From Eledone cirrhosa (lineage: Eukaryota), in the NCBI GenBank assembly GCA_964016885.1, contig OZ024756.1, forward strand, positions 29,822,001 to 29,886,000: a DNA stretch of 64,000 bases. Direction: 5' to 3'. The stretch's first letter is position 1. Each line of letters starts with the position of its first letter. The notes under the pieces are model-generated. The model saw only the letters and a program-made list of their open reading frames with translations, was not told the origin of the DNA and did not search any database. Of the stretch, positions 14,858 through 29,029 are shown one piece after another. The position numbers and the translations under genes are program-made.

Positions 14858-15041
14858 TATATACATATAAAATAAGTTAACCAAATATGTTAAATTTGGC
14901 TTCGTTTATTATAAATTATTAAATTTACTGTTATATATATTTCGGAGGAATAACAACACAACCAGGGGCTGGACATATCGATGTATTGACGGAGTGAAAC
15001 ACACCTCAACATGTATACCTGTCTTTTCTACACCAATTCGG

Positions 15042-15096
15042 ACTGCCTGAAGAGGTCACAGCCAATGATGGCTGTCACCGAAATATATATAGCAGT
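15042..15096 (+). ncRNA. Minimal type I hammerhead ribozyme (family A)
   Basis: ACTGC-CTGAAGA-GGTCACAGCCA atga TGGCTGTCACC-GAAA-TATATA-TA^GCAGT; canonical core. Confidence 0.85.
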
Positions 15097-15425
15097 AAAT
15101 TTATAATTTATAACAAACGAAGCCAAATTTTACATATTTGACTTACTTATTTTACATTACTCCGGAGTAAACAAACCAACCTGTGTACTTCGCCGAGTGT
15201 TCCAATCTGCATACTGAAGTCCCGGTAAACAACCAGCATATACTCAAGATTTATATATATATATATATATATATAAATTTTGAATATATGTTGGTTGTAT
15301 ACCAACACCTCAATATGCAGATTGGAGCACTCGACGAAGTGCGCAGGTTGGTTTGGTTACACCGGAGTAATGTAAAATAATATAAAATAAATAAGTCAAA
15401 TGTTTAAAATTTAGCTTCGTTTATT

Positions 15426-15480
15426 ACTGCTATATATATTTCGGTGACAGCCATCTTTGGCTGTGACCTCTTCAGGCAGT
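15426..15480 (-). ncRNA. Minimal type I hammerhead ribozyme (family A)
   Basis: Same fold on the minus strand, loop II AAGA. Confidence 0.85.
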
Positions 15481-15914
15481 CCGAATTAGTGTGGTATAAA
15501 CAAGAACATATGTTGTTGAGGTGTATAACATTGTCAATACTCTGATAAGCCCAGTTCCTGGTTGGGTTGTTATTTCACTGAGGAACTGGAATCATATGAA
15601 TTCAAACAAACGAATTTCAGTGTCAAAGGGCCTCTTCTCCTCTCATTGGTCAGTTGTTAGAACATTCCTCATTCAAAAGTCTATAGAAATTCGTTCTGAG
15701 GCAAGCCAATCTGTAGTTGTCGTTCTTGTTATTGTTAGGTACATCTGACCTCAATTCTTGTGTTGGTAGTGTTGTTATTGTTGGAGTTAGCTCAAAAAAA
15801 TTGATAAAGTGGTTGAAGGAATAAGATAGTAAAGGAACAAAACAACAAAAAATGTCAAACTTCCCATTGGTCAGTTTTGAGAGCATTTCTCAGTCCAAAG
15901 TCTATAGAAATTCT

Positions 15915-15984
15915 TTCTGGGGTGAGGCTCCCTGTAGTGTTTGTGTTTGCAAACACAAACACTACAGGGAGCCTCACCCCAGAA
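15915..15984. repeat. 70-bp perfect palindrome
   Basis: ttctggggtgaggctccctgtagtgtttgtgtttg|caaacacaaacactacagggagcctcaccccagaa. Confidence 0.95.
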
Positions 15985-16382
15985 GATTTTCAATACATTA
16001 AATAACATAAAAAAGAAAGTAACAAACTAAAACACAAACAATAACTCCATTCCGTATTTTTTTAACGGACTGGTTGACTGCCATTGCTGTTTTGTTGCCA
16101 AGACATCTCTTTATGTCTTTTTCAGTTCATCAGTCTGTCTCTCACCACATCTCTCCATCTCTCTCCTCTCCCCGACTTGTCTATCCTACTATCCCTCTCC
16201 GCTCTCATTTCATATACTCTTCCCTTCTCCTCTTTCTCCCTCACCCCCTGTATCTCTTTCTCGATCTGTCTGTTTTTCTCTATCTCTCTATCTCTCTATC
16301 CCCCCCCCCTCTCCTCTCCAAATCTCCTTTCTCCTCCACTTCTCTCCTTCTATCCTCCTCCTATCCTTTCTCCTACTCCTAC

Positions 16383-16426
<44 letters not shown>

Positions 16427-16511
16427 CTTCTCTCTCTCTGTCTCACCCCACATTACTCTTCTCTCTCTTTCTTTCTGTCACATACCCTCTCTGTCTGACT
16501 CTCTCTCTTTA

Positions 16512-16650
<139 letters not shown>

Positions 16651-16680
16651 AATATATATATATATACATATATAAATATG

Positions 16681-16837
<157 letters not shown>

Positions 16838-16898
16838 CGCAGGAAATGTGGTAAGGAACCAGATGGATCAAAGCGCACCAAAGTACTCAATACCTTTC

Positions 16899-16950
<52 letters not shown>

Positions 16951-17053
16951 ACATGTGTGTGTGTAAAAGGTAAACATAAATAACTACACAATCGGTAGGT
17001 ACAGTATATGGAAGGAATATATTAGGTTAACGCTTGAAATAACAGGAAGAGGG

Positions 17054-17087
17054 TTTTACGTTTCGGACGCTAGTCCTTCATCAAAAG
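17054..17087 (-). ncRNA. Degenerate minimal Penelope-type hammerhead (family D)
   Basis: Minus strand: TTGATGA-A-GGAC tagc GTCC-GAAA-CG-TA; downstream body also at 38119-38215 and 55410-55520. Confidence 0.55.
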
Positions 17088-17197
17088 AAAGAATGATAAA
17101 TAAGATAGATTGAGGGGACGGGTGGGTTGGAATTGGAAAAAATGTCTTTAGATAAAAATAGCATAAGAAAAAGGAAAGCCGTCAGGACGATATATAT

Positions 17198-17640
17198 GGC
17201 GGTAATTTACTTCCTCATTTTTGAATCAGTTTGAGCATTTCATTAGAACTGCTGGACTAGTAACCTGACAAATACCTCAGGCACTGATGATGATTATCGC
17301 TAAATACTGATGTTGGTTAGATTATCAATATTAGTATTATTGGGGCACCCACTGATGAATTATAGGAGCCCACTTGAATATATATCTATTGATGGTATAC
17401 AAGCTCCTACATAAATTGGTATAATTTCACCCAAATTGTAGGAATCCTATAATGAAACGAGACGTCCGTCTGGGAAGAGATATATTCCATATGTCTCATA
17501 TGAAATAATACAGCCAATTTTCCACGCAATACTTTTAGTACCCGAACGCATAATTAGGAATATAATCACTTATTTCCTAATGTTTGTTGAGTGAGTTGGA
17601 ATTTGGCCGGAGTATCGCTAAAAAGCTTTCTCCGATATTG

Positions 17641-17645
<5 letters not shown>
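17198..17645 (+). mobile_element. Family H element copy 2; hammerhead at 17348-17474
   Basis: CCCA-CTGATGA-ATTATAGGA...TCCTATAAT-GAAACG-A-GACGTC-CGTC^TGGG. Confidence 0.85.
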
Positions 17646-17726
<81 letters not shown>

Positions 17727-17928
17727 TAAAGTAAACGGTTTGCAACAGAACCAGGTGGTATTCTTCACCAGATAATGGTTAACGCCCAACACACTTCTTC
17801 ACTTTCTATTCAGCCACAAACAATTCTCTTCTATATAAACCATTTAATATATTTTTTATAATCTGAAAAGAGGAAGTATTGACCATACCACAAATAACTA
17901 AATCCCCACTATATATATATATATATAC

Positions 17929-18374
<446 letters not shown>

Positions 18375-18594
18375 ACATATGTATATATATATTTTAAACA
18401 CACATATATATGTACATATGTATTAGGAAAAGTCAACGATATGAACTTATATTTACTTCTTCATTTCTACGCTCGTGTTTATATATATTAGTGAAGTGTT
18501 CTACACTGGGGAGTCAATTAGTCCAGTGCACGTACACATTTATATGTATACATTCATGTGTGTGTGTGTGTGTGTATATATATTATATATATAC

Positions 18595-18627
<33 letters not shown>

Positions 18628-18710
18628 AGTGTATGTGTGAGTGAAGAGTTTCACACTTGGGAGTTAATTAGTGTCGAGCACGCGCTCAGCTATTTACACA
18701 TATACGTATA

Positions 18711-18741
<31 letters not shown>

Positions 18742-19084
18742 GAATATATTTATGTATATAGGAATATGTTTATATGCACGTATTCAGTATTTTCATGAAT
18801 ATAAAAACTTTCTATGACATTTATTCATGTAAAATAAACACCTTTTCTTTGGAAATTTATAAACCTAACATTTAAGTTTTTAATATATATTTCTCTAAAG
18901 ACCTTCTATGTTATAACATTTGTTAAGTTATATTCCAAAACCTAAGCTTATTAATGAAAAAAATTACTTATACTACCAAATCCTTTCAAATTCTTATCTA
19001 TATTTTAAAATATCTGAAAAAATCATAGGCATTGTCTTTTATTAGGAATATGGTAACGAAGTAATTAAGACTATATTAATATAT

Positions 19085-19303
19085 AATGATTTCTAGTATA
19101 GGCACAAGGCCAGTAATTTGGGTGGAGGGCAAACTCGATTAAATCTACCCCAGTATGTTACCGGTGCTTTATTTTATCGACCCCTCTGAGGATATAAGGC
19201 AAAGTTAACGTCGGCGGGATTTGAACTCAGATCATAAAGGGGCGTAATTCTACGCTGCAAAGCATGGTGTCCGACTCTCTACCGATACTGCCAATCCACC
19301 GCC
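19085..19303 (-). mobile_element. SINE family 1, long variant
   Basis: Same head and central domain with an extra ~25-bp segment; a similar variant is at 53490-53700. Confidence 0.85.
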
Positions 19304-19649
19304 CTCATATCAATATAAAATCAAATATAAATATATATTTTAAATGTCAACAGAAATATCACTGGTTTACGTGAATTTTGATAGGCAGAGACTCAAGTAA
19401 GCGTATAAGCACATCGAGCTAAGATATATTTGTTTGATACACCGGATGCTTGTCATTTTTGCCGATGAATATAATATCTTTTGGCGGTGCTGTTGATATT
19501 GTTGGCGGTGCTGTTGATATCGTCGTCGTCATTGTCGGTGAACACTAACGAGTAATGGTAACTAGCAATAGTTTCTCTGCGTAGGAGTAACTCGGATCAT
19601 CGCCAGGTTGCCATTTTGAAATGAACTTCAAAAGAACCCAATACGTGTG

Positions 19650-19753
<104 letters not shown>

Positions 19754-19803
19754 CACACACACACACTCTCCCATATATATATTTGTGTATGTATGTGTGT
19801 CTT

Positions 19804-19958
<155 letters not shown>

Positions 19959-20536
19959 TATACATATGCATGTATATATATATATATATTTATTTATATA
20001 CATGCACACGTACATATATATATATATACATATGTATGTATATATATATATATGCATCATACATACACACACGTACACACAGAGACACACTTACATGCAC
20101 GTGCACTCACATATATATAACAAAAAGACAATCACAACAACAACAACATTTCCCGCCCCTTTATACGAAAGGCGAGATAATCCGCATAAAGACTATTCTC
20201 TCGATGAACGGCATCTTGGGGCCTTTTAGCAAGACTTAAAGGGATACTTTATCTAATTAAGAAAATAGCACAAGAAAAGATAGAACAGCAACACCACACC
20301 CGTCTTTGTCCTCCCCCTACCCAAAGAGCCTCACCACCCCCTCTCCTCAAAAGGAAAGGAAAGCAGTCAATTGTTAGATCAGACGAAATAAACAATGTTT
20401 CCATTAGTTTTTCCATTGCTATTAATATCTGTTGGTTACAACTCCTGCCAGAAGAAAGGAGCTGATTGCCAGATCGTACCAAGGAAACACTGTTTCCATT
20501 GGTCTTTTCATTGCTGATACTATTTGTAAGTTGCAA

Positions 20537-20933
20537 ACTATCTATCTAGGGCGGGTAAAATTCTCTAGATCCATGGACGCGTTCTCTCCAGCGGTCTCTG
20601 TCCCTCATTATCGCTGCCATGTCCTGCGTCTCCAAGTGAGCAGTGTCTGTCCTTAGGGCATCAACATATGTTAACCTGTAGTGGAGTCTGTGCTGCTGTA
20701 CGGGTCTGAGACTTGGACACTGACCAAGAAACTCACTCAGAAGGTGGATGGGTGCTACACGAGAATGTTGAGGATAGCTCTGAATCTTAATCAGTATACA
20801 CTGAGGATGAAGAACCCAGAGCTGTACGGGAGCCTCCCAAAAGTCAGCTGGAGAGTAGCACAGAGGAGACTGAGGTTAGCTGGACATGCTCACCGACATC
20901 CAGAGTTGACACTGCACTCAGTGCTCCTGTGGG
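20537..20933 (-). mobile_element. 5'-truncated RTE-clade LINE with 5' inversion
   Basis: Minus 20677-20546 = [34 protein letters not shown]...*; plus 20681-20933 = ESVLLYGSETWTLTKK...RRLRLAGHAHR...LLWE; TSD agttgcaa at 20529 and 20934. Confidence 0.85.
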
Positions 20934-21166
20934 AGTTGCAACCTTTAGTAGAATAAAGGAACTGATCATCAGATCGAACCAAGGAAACAATATTTCCATT
21001 GATATCTTCATTGCTGGTACGATTTGTCGGTCGCAACTCCTGGCAGAAAAATGCTAGATTTGAATTTCAGAACTCGCTGAACCAGATCAGATATTGCAAA
21101 GCATCTCGGCCGACTCATTAACAATAGCATGCACCTTCACAAGAGGCAAATAGATATCTAATTGCA

Positions 21167-21435
21167 TGTATATAGCATGGTTTAAAAACAACGTGTGTAT
21201 AGCACGGTTTTAAAACAATGTGTGTATAGTATGGTTTTAAAACGTGTGTATAGTATGGTTTTAAAACAACGTTTTTGAAATAGGTGAACGTAGACGTGTG
21301 TGATGTATGGTTTTAAAACAACGTTTTTGAAATAGGTGAGTGTGGACGTGTGTGATGTATGGTTTTAAAACAACGTTTTTGAAATAGTTGAGTGTGGACG
21401 TGTGTGATGTATGGTTTTAAAACAACGTTTTTGAG
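21167..21435. repeat. Minisatellite (~29-bp then 52-bp units)
   Basis: gtatggttttaaaacaacg at 21253, 21305, 21357, 21409. Confidence 0.9.
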
Positions 21436-22030
21436 AAAGATGAGTGTCGACCTCAGCGTGGGATTCACTGCTTTGTAATCTGGTCACTGACACGATTTCA
21501 CTGCAATGGATGATATAAAACTTATAGACTGAAAACAACAATAACAAACAACAAACAAACTGAATATAACCTTATATGTGTGACTCTTCTATGTAATTCG
21601 AACATTATTTCATCTTTATTAAATTTATATAGTTATTATTTTTATTATCATTATTATACTTGTAATTTCTAACATTTTGCAATGTATAAGATACTGCACT
21701 ATGCATCCGTTGGCGGAAATTATTAATTTTTTTTTAGAATAGCAGCTCAAAACTTCTGCGCCATTGAGCGAATTTTTGCATTTAACCGGGTTGTTAAATG
21801 CTTTTGTTGGGTAAACTTTGTCATTAGTGCCTCGGCCGCCATACGTCACGGACATAACTAATAGTGCACAAACAGGAAATTAACCTTTCTAGTCGTTTGC
21901 ATCCGGTCTTTATTATTTTACGTACTTTAGAAAATGAAGAGCTGCAACTGAAACTCGTAGTGAATGAATGAAAGTAATACTTGGTTTATTGGTCGGTAGA
22001 TGGAGGTTGAAGGTCATAGTGAGAGAGAGA

Positions 22031-22074
<44 letters not shown>

Positions 22075-22190
22075 AATTAATAGACAGAGGAAGGAGGAGG
22101 TGGAGGAGGAGGTGGATGCTGTGGGACAGGAAGAATAACTGTGTTGAGATATTGTGGTATATATACAAATATACATATATACATACATGC

Positions 22191-22221
<31 letters not shown>

Positions 22222-22258
22222 CATACAACGAATATACCTACATACATGCATATATCCA

Positions 22259-22316
<58 letters not shown>

Positions 22317-22624
22317 GCATGACACTGCATAGAAAGGGCGGATGGCGGGGATCACACAGTCACGCCATGTTAAACTCAAGCAATATAATAACGCCAAGAC
22401 CAATATAAAAATAGTGAGAGAGAGTGATATACTGGACAGACATGGACAAGAGTTTCACGGCGCATGACAATGCATATAAAAGATTCGTTCTGTCACAGTA
22501 TTTAAACTTCTACAATATAATACCAGGCATAAATAATTTGGCTAAAACCTCCCAAAATACCTACATCAGCATTAAAACTGAATGATATTCAAGTAATGTA
22601 TTTCAGAAACACTTTCCCCGATAT

Positions 22625-22768
22625 CCAGCATAGTTACGTCCCTTTACGATCTGAGTTCAAATCCCGCCGAGGTTGACTTTGCCTTTCATCCTTACGGGGT
22701 CGATAAAATAAAGTACCAGTAATGCACTAGGATAATTGATGGCCTTGTGCCAAAAGTAGAAACAATTA
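22625..22768 (+). mobile_element. SINE family 1, 5'-truncated
   Basis: B-box, central domain and tail. Confidence 0.88.
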
Positions 22769-22774
22769 CACTAA

Positions 22775-23000
22775 CCCTGTAGCATTTAAACCAGCCATAT
22801 CTATCCCAGAATTCTTTCATCTCTTTCTGTTCAAACCGGCCGTAAATAGCCACTCATACTGATATTAAGGTATTGTTCTCAAAATAAATAATATTAACAT
22901 TTCATAGATTCGATATTATGTGAGATAATTATGTAAGATAAAGAAAGCCCTTACCACAAAAATACAATAGTAAATATAGCGTAATTTAAATGCTAAAGGT
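22775..23000. mobile_element. piggyBac-like MITE
   Basis: (c)taa|ccctgtagcatttaaa ... tttaaatgctaaaggt|ttaa. Confidence 0.65.
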
Positions 23001-23478
23001 TTAAAAAGGAAAGGAGCCGATCGTTAGATGAAACATTTTTATTGCTGATCAGTACCGGATTTAGGACAAATTAGGCCTTGTGTTAGTTAAGTTATGAGGC
23101 CCCATACATTTGAAAAATTCATCGAATAATTTTTTTTGGGGCATGAAGAAAGGCTCCCTCCTTGGCCAACGGTGTTCTGTGCTTAATCATACCTAAGCAC
23201 AATGGTAAATCTGGCAGTGTTTCTGATACTATGACTCAGTTGCAATTCTTGGCCGAAGACGGTGGCATTTGAATTTTTGAATTCGGTATGTACAAAGTCG
23301 TATTAGATGTCGATATATTCAAAGTTCCACTAAATCAACCTCCACCAACACCGGGTTTTATTTCTTGACCTCAAAAGACTGAAAAACAAAGTTGATGTCT
23401 GCGTGATTTTAACATTAAGTGAAATGACCCAGAAAAATACCAAGGTATTTGACCCAACGCCCCTAACGGCTCTGTTAA

Positions 23479-23686
23479 CTCTTTAGCATTTACATTACTC
23501 AATATATACTACTGTATTTTCATGGTAAAGGCCTTACCTCACATAATATAGAATCTATGAGATTTTGGTGTTATTTATTTTGAGAACAATACCTTAACAT
23601 CAGTATGAATGGCCGGTTACTACCAATTTGAACAGAAAGACGAGAAAGAATTCTGGCTGGATAGAGCCGGTTTAAATGCTAAAGGG
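23479..23686. mobile_element. piggyBac-like MITE, same family in opposite orientation
   Basis: TTAA|ctctttagcattta ... taaatgctaaaggg|TTAA. Confidence 0.7.
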
Positions 23687-23889
23687 TTAACTGGCGGCCT
23701 TAAATAACGGCTCACATCAAACAAACAAATAATTGGACCTAATTTGTGTGTATACGTGTGTGTGTGTGTGTGTGCGAGTGTGTGTATATGTGTGCATAAA
23801 TATATGTGTGTGTGTGTGTGTACGATTCTGTGTGTATATATGCATAAATATGTTTGTGTGTGTGTGCGTGGAAGTGACTTGGTTTATAG

Positions 23890-24160
23890 ACGCATTCCAT
23901 AGACGAGTGCACCACCTTTAACTTAGCTCTGAGGGAGATTCAGCGTCACACACTGTATGACTTTGACATAGTTGTGTCCCTTTGAATTACACGTACAAAT
24001 AATATTTTCCTTGTTTGATTGCCAGTTGGGTGTACGGGCGTAACGTGAAGTAAAGTGTCTTGCTCAAGGACACAAAAGGCTACTTACATGCCTTGGGAAA
24101 ACCGAAGTCACGACTTTACGATCATGAGCCGAACAATCTAACCACTGAGCCACACATCTT
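23890..24160 (-). mobile_element. SINE family 2 (CORE/V-like tgtgtccttgagcaagacac), diverged
   Basis: Minus-strand head gtggctcagtggttag and tgtgtccttgagcaagacacttta. Confidence 0.65.
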
Positions 24161-24409
24161 TACAATTACATACTATGGAAACGGTACATTAGCAGATCCA
24201 CAATTATGTCTTCCAATTAGTGAATGACACTTTAATAATCTTCAGAAACATCCTCCATTGTTTTAATTAACACAGACGCTACATACGAAGCATATTCTAT
24301 AGGTAAAGGTCCTCTAATTAGTTAAGAAAGTACATAGATGATCTACTACTACTACTACTACTGCTGCTGTTACTACTACTACTACTACTACTACTGCTGC
24401 TGCTGCTGT

Positions 24410-24473
<64 letters not shown>

Positions 24474-24481
24474 GCTGCTGT

Positions 24482-24544
<63 letters not shown>

Positions 24545-24699
24545 CATGGACACACTAGAAGAGGAAGACCAAGGTTAACGTATGTTGATGCCCTAAGGAC
24601 AGACTGGTCTGTTGGAGACGCAGGACATGGCAGCGATAATGGGGGACAGAGACCGCTGGAGAGAACTCGTCCATGGATCTCGGGAATTTTACCCGCCTT

Positions 24700-24702
<3 letters not shown>
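24545..24702 (+). mobile_element. RTE LINE 3' end fragment
   Basis: [20 protein letters not shown]; matches 20546-20677. Confidence 0.8.
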
Positions 24703-24769
<67 letters not shown>

Positions 24770-24770
24770 G

Positions 24771-24865
<95 letters not shown>

Positions 24866-24866
24866 G

Positions 24867-24904
<38 letters not shown>

Positions 24905-24905
24905 A

Positions 24906-25094
24906 AACAAAGGAATTGTGGTAAGGAACCAAATGCACCATAACGCATCAGAGTACTCAATACTTAGGGTAGTAGAGTGGGAAATAGGAAAAAGTATGAC
25001 CCCGACGGCAGAGCTCAAGCCGTTTCGACGGCTATTTCAGTCCTGAAATTGCCGTCGAAACGGCTTGAGCTCTGCCGTCGGGGTCATACTTTTT

Positions 25095-25099
<5 letters not shown>
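24906..25099 (-). mobile_element. Family G element with ~115-bp fold-back palindrome (24984-25099)
   Basis: Arms mirror around ttcag-tc-ctgaa; GAAACGGC-tt-GAGCTC-t-GCCGTC^GGGG at 25057-25083. Confidence 0.85.
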
Positions 25100-25134
<35 letters not shown>

Positions 25135-25539
25135 AATACATAATCGGAGAAAGCTAATAGCGATACTCCGGCCAAATTCCAACTCACTCAACAAACATTA
25201 GGAAATACCTGAGTATATATATATACGTATATATGTGTGAGGTTGTATATATATATATATATAATTATATATATGAGGGTGTATACGTACATATACATAT
25301 ACTCACACACACGCAGGCACACATACACACACACACACAGGCACACACACACATATATATATACACATATATATATATATATGTACGATTTTTTTAAAGG
25401 AATTAGTTGTCTGAAGATGTATAATGCCAGATGTGCACTATTTATCCCCCCCCCCGACCCTCCGACACACTCCCGTACACACACACATACACACACACGT
25501 ACATAGACACTCACACACCCACACACACCCACGTGCATA

Positions 25540-25572
<33 letters not shown>

Positions 25573-25707
25573 ACACATAGACACAGTCTGTCTATAATTC
25601 CAATTGACATTTCTGTATATCTTCTAATCCTTAATAGTAATAACAGTATTTGATGTCGTTGTGAAGGATTGGAAATAACACTGGTATTAACTTTGTATTA
25701 TAAAAGG

Positions 25708-26588
25708 TATGATGTGGTGTAGTGTGGTGTGGTGTAGTGTGGTGTGTTGTGTTGTGTGGTGTGGTGTAGTGTGGTGTAGTGTGGTGTGGTGTAGTGTGGT
25801 GTGATGTGTTGTGTGGTGTTGTGTAGTGTGGTGTGGTGTAGTGTGGTGTGGTGTGATGTGGTGTGATGTGATGTGGGGTGTAGTGTTGTGTGGTGTAGTG
25901 TGGTGTGGTGTGTGATGTTGTGTGGTATAGTGTGGTGTAGTGCGGTGTGGTGTTGTGTGGTGTGATGTGGTGTGGTGTAGTGTGGTGTAGTGTGGTGTGA
26001 TGTGGTGTGGGGTGGTGTGGTGTGATGTGGTGTAGTGTGGTGTGGTGTGTTGTGTGGTGTTGTGTGGTGTAGTGTGGTGTGGTGTTGTGTGGTGTAGTGT
26101 TGTGTGGTATGGTGTGGTGTAGTGTAGTGTAAAGTGGTGCTGTGTGGTGTGGTGTAGTGTGGTGTAGTGTGGTGTGGTGTGTAGTGTGGTGTGGTGTGTT
26201 GTGTGGTGTTGTGTGGTGTAGTGTGGTGTTGTGTGATGTAGTGTGGTGTGGTGTGTTGTGTGGTGTAGTGTGGTGTGGTGTTGTGTGGTGTGTGGTGTGG
26301 TGTAGTGTGGTGTCGTGTCGTGTGGTGGTGTGTGGTGTTGTGTTGTGTGGTATGGTGTGGTGTAGTGTAGTGTAAAGTGGTGCTGTGTGGTGTGGTGTGG
26401 TGTGGTGTGTGGTGTTGTGTGGTGTTGTGTGGTATGGTGTGGTGTTGTGTGGTGGTGTGTGGTGTAGTGTAGTGTAGAGTGGTGTGGTGTTGTGTGGTAT
26501 GGTGTGGTGTTGTGTGGTGGTGTGTGGTCTGGTGTAGTGTGGTGTAATGTGGTGTGGTGTGGTGTAGTGTGGTGTAATGTGGTGTAGT
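25708..26588. repeat. (GTGTG/GTGTA)n pentanucleotide satellite
   Basis: Direct reading. Confidence 0.95.
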
Positions 26589-26732
26589 ATCATCTGCAAA
26601 GCCACATTGTTCTCAGAACCACTACACCAGTCTTTCGATGCCTGCAGCAGGAACTACTGCCACCCATTGATTTGGCAGGATCGCAACTCATTTCTACAAC
26701 TGAGTAAACTGAAGCAAGGTGAAATAAAGTGT

Positions 26733-28042
26733 TTTGCTCAAGGACACAACACATCACCCGTTTCTAGAATCGAACTCACAACCTTTCGATTGCTTTAACC
26801 ACTAAGCCATGCGCCTTCACTGATTAAAAACACCAGAGAAACCTATGAGATACAATTAAGTATCTTGCTCAAGGACACAACACATCACCCGTTTCTAGAA
26901 TCGAACTCACAACCTTTCGATTGCTCTAACCACTAAGCCATGCGCCTTCACTGATTAAAAACACCAGAGAAACCTATGAGATACAATTAAGTATCTTGCT
27001 CAAGGACACAACACATCACCCGTTTCTAGAATCGAACTCACAACCTTTCGATTGCTCTAACCACTAAGCCATGCGCCTTCACTGATTAAAAACACCAGAG
27101 AAACCTATGAGATACAATTAAGTATCTTGCTCAAGGACACAACACATCACCCGTTTCTAGAATCGAACTCACAACCTTTCGATTGCTCTAACCACTAAGC
27201 CATGCGCCTTCACTGATTAAAAACACCAGAGAAACCTATGAGATACAATTAAGTATCTTGCTCAAGGACACAACACATCACCCGTTTCTAGAATCGAACT
27301 CACAACCTTTCGATTGCTCTAACCACTAAGCCATGCGCCTTCACTGATTAAAAACACCAGAGAAACCTATGAGATACAATTAAGTATCTTGCTCAAGGAC
27401 ACAACACATCACCCGTTTCTAGAATCGAACTCACAACCTTTCGATTGCTCTAACCACTAAGCCATGCGCCTTCACTGATTAAAAACACCAGAGAAACCTA
27501 TGAGATACAATTAAGTATCTTGCTCAAGGACACAACACATCACCCGTTTCTAGAATCGAACTCACAACCTTTCGATTGCTCTAACCACTAAGCCATGCGC
27601 CTTCACTGATTAAAAACACCAGAGAAACCTATGAGATACAACTAAGTATCTTGCTCAAGGACACAACACATCATCCGTTTCTAGAATCGAACTCACAACC
27701 TTTCGATTGCTCTAACCACTAAGCCATGCGCCTTCACTGATTAAAAACACCAGAGAAACCTATGAGATACAACTAAGTATCTTGCTCAAGGACACAACAC
27801 ATCACCCGTTTCTAGAATCGAACTCACAACCTTTCGATTGCTTTAACCACTAAGCCATGCGCCTTCACTGATTAAAAACACCAGAGAAACCTATGAGATA
27901 CAACTAAGTATCTTGCTCAAGGACACAACACATCACCCGTTTCTAGAATCGAACTCACAACCTTTCGATTGCTCTAACCACTAAGCCATGCGCCTTCACT
28001 GATTAAAAACACCAGAGAAACCTATGAGATACAACTAAGTAT
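26733..28042 (-). repeat. Tandem array of 10 x 131 bp derived from SINE family 2 head + flank
   Basis: aggacacaac at 26741+131n (n=0-9); minus strand carries A-box TGGCTTAGTGG and B-box GAGTTCGATTC. Confidence 0.95.
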
Positions 28043-28591
28043 GAGGCCAGCTAAACCTACACGGGCGAGAGCTGTAACAACATGGCACAGCTGAGCGCTT
28101 GATCATTAAAGTACTCGAGAAACCTTGTATAAGATACAACCACGTACAAGGCCAACTAAAGCTACATATGTATGAGCTAGAACATGCTATGTTGTTTTTG
28201 TTCTTTCCTTGATACTCTGGTAACAGCTGGTAGAGGTTTGTGCTAGAAAGATATTGAAGGGGCGGATAGAAGTTACGGGGAGTGGTAGAAGGAAAAAGAA
28301 GATAAATAAGGATGGGGGTGTGTATGGGGTGGTGTAGGATGACAACGCCTTGAGATAGACGGGCTGTGAATCTATTGTTGCTTGTATTCAGGTGAGAGGG
28401 GCTTGGATGGTAAGTGGGGTGGGATTTTTATCTAAGCTCCGTGCACCACCTCAGAGGAAATGATTGAATATAGGGTGCGGTATGTACACCCGAGGGTGCG
28501 GCAATGATATGTTTTGTCCTGGTATACACAAACACGAGCGCACACAGGCACACGAGCGCACACAGGCACACGCACGCACACAAATACACAA

Positions 28592-28634
<43 letters not shown>

Positions 28635-28864
28635 ATGTGAGAGAAGGAGGAGATAGGTATCTAGATATTATATAATATATATATATATATAATGTAATAT
28701 ATGTATAATATATATTATATATAATATATATTATACATATATATATATATAGGAATATTAACCCGTCGGGGTCATACTTTCTCCTATTACCCACTCTACT
28801 ACCCTAAGTATTGAGTACTCTGGTGCGTTATGGTCCACCTGGTTCCTTACCACACTTTCTTTCG

Positions 28865-28900
<36 letters not shown>

Positions 28901-29029
28901 CACACACGCACACACATACGCATACACATACACCCCCCCCCCCCCCCCCACCCACACCCACACCCCCCCACACACACACACATATATATATATACACTCA
29001 GATTCTCACTTTTACACTCATCAGACTCA

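Larger units (their letters stand above)
14868..15600. mobile_element. Family A cluster: inverted 5' fragment, plus-strand copy, (TA)n, minus-strand copy (tail-to-tail)
   Basis: 14944-15251 (+) and 15277-15600 (-) are diverged reverse complements around (TA)n. Confidence 0.85.

Noticed and set aside
26733-28042. CRISPR-like appearance of regular repeats (also 41347-42066)
   Set aside because: Units are wholly repeated with no unique spacers and no cas genes; eukaryotic SINE-derived satellites
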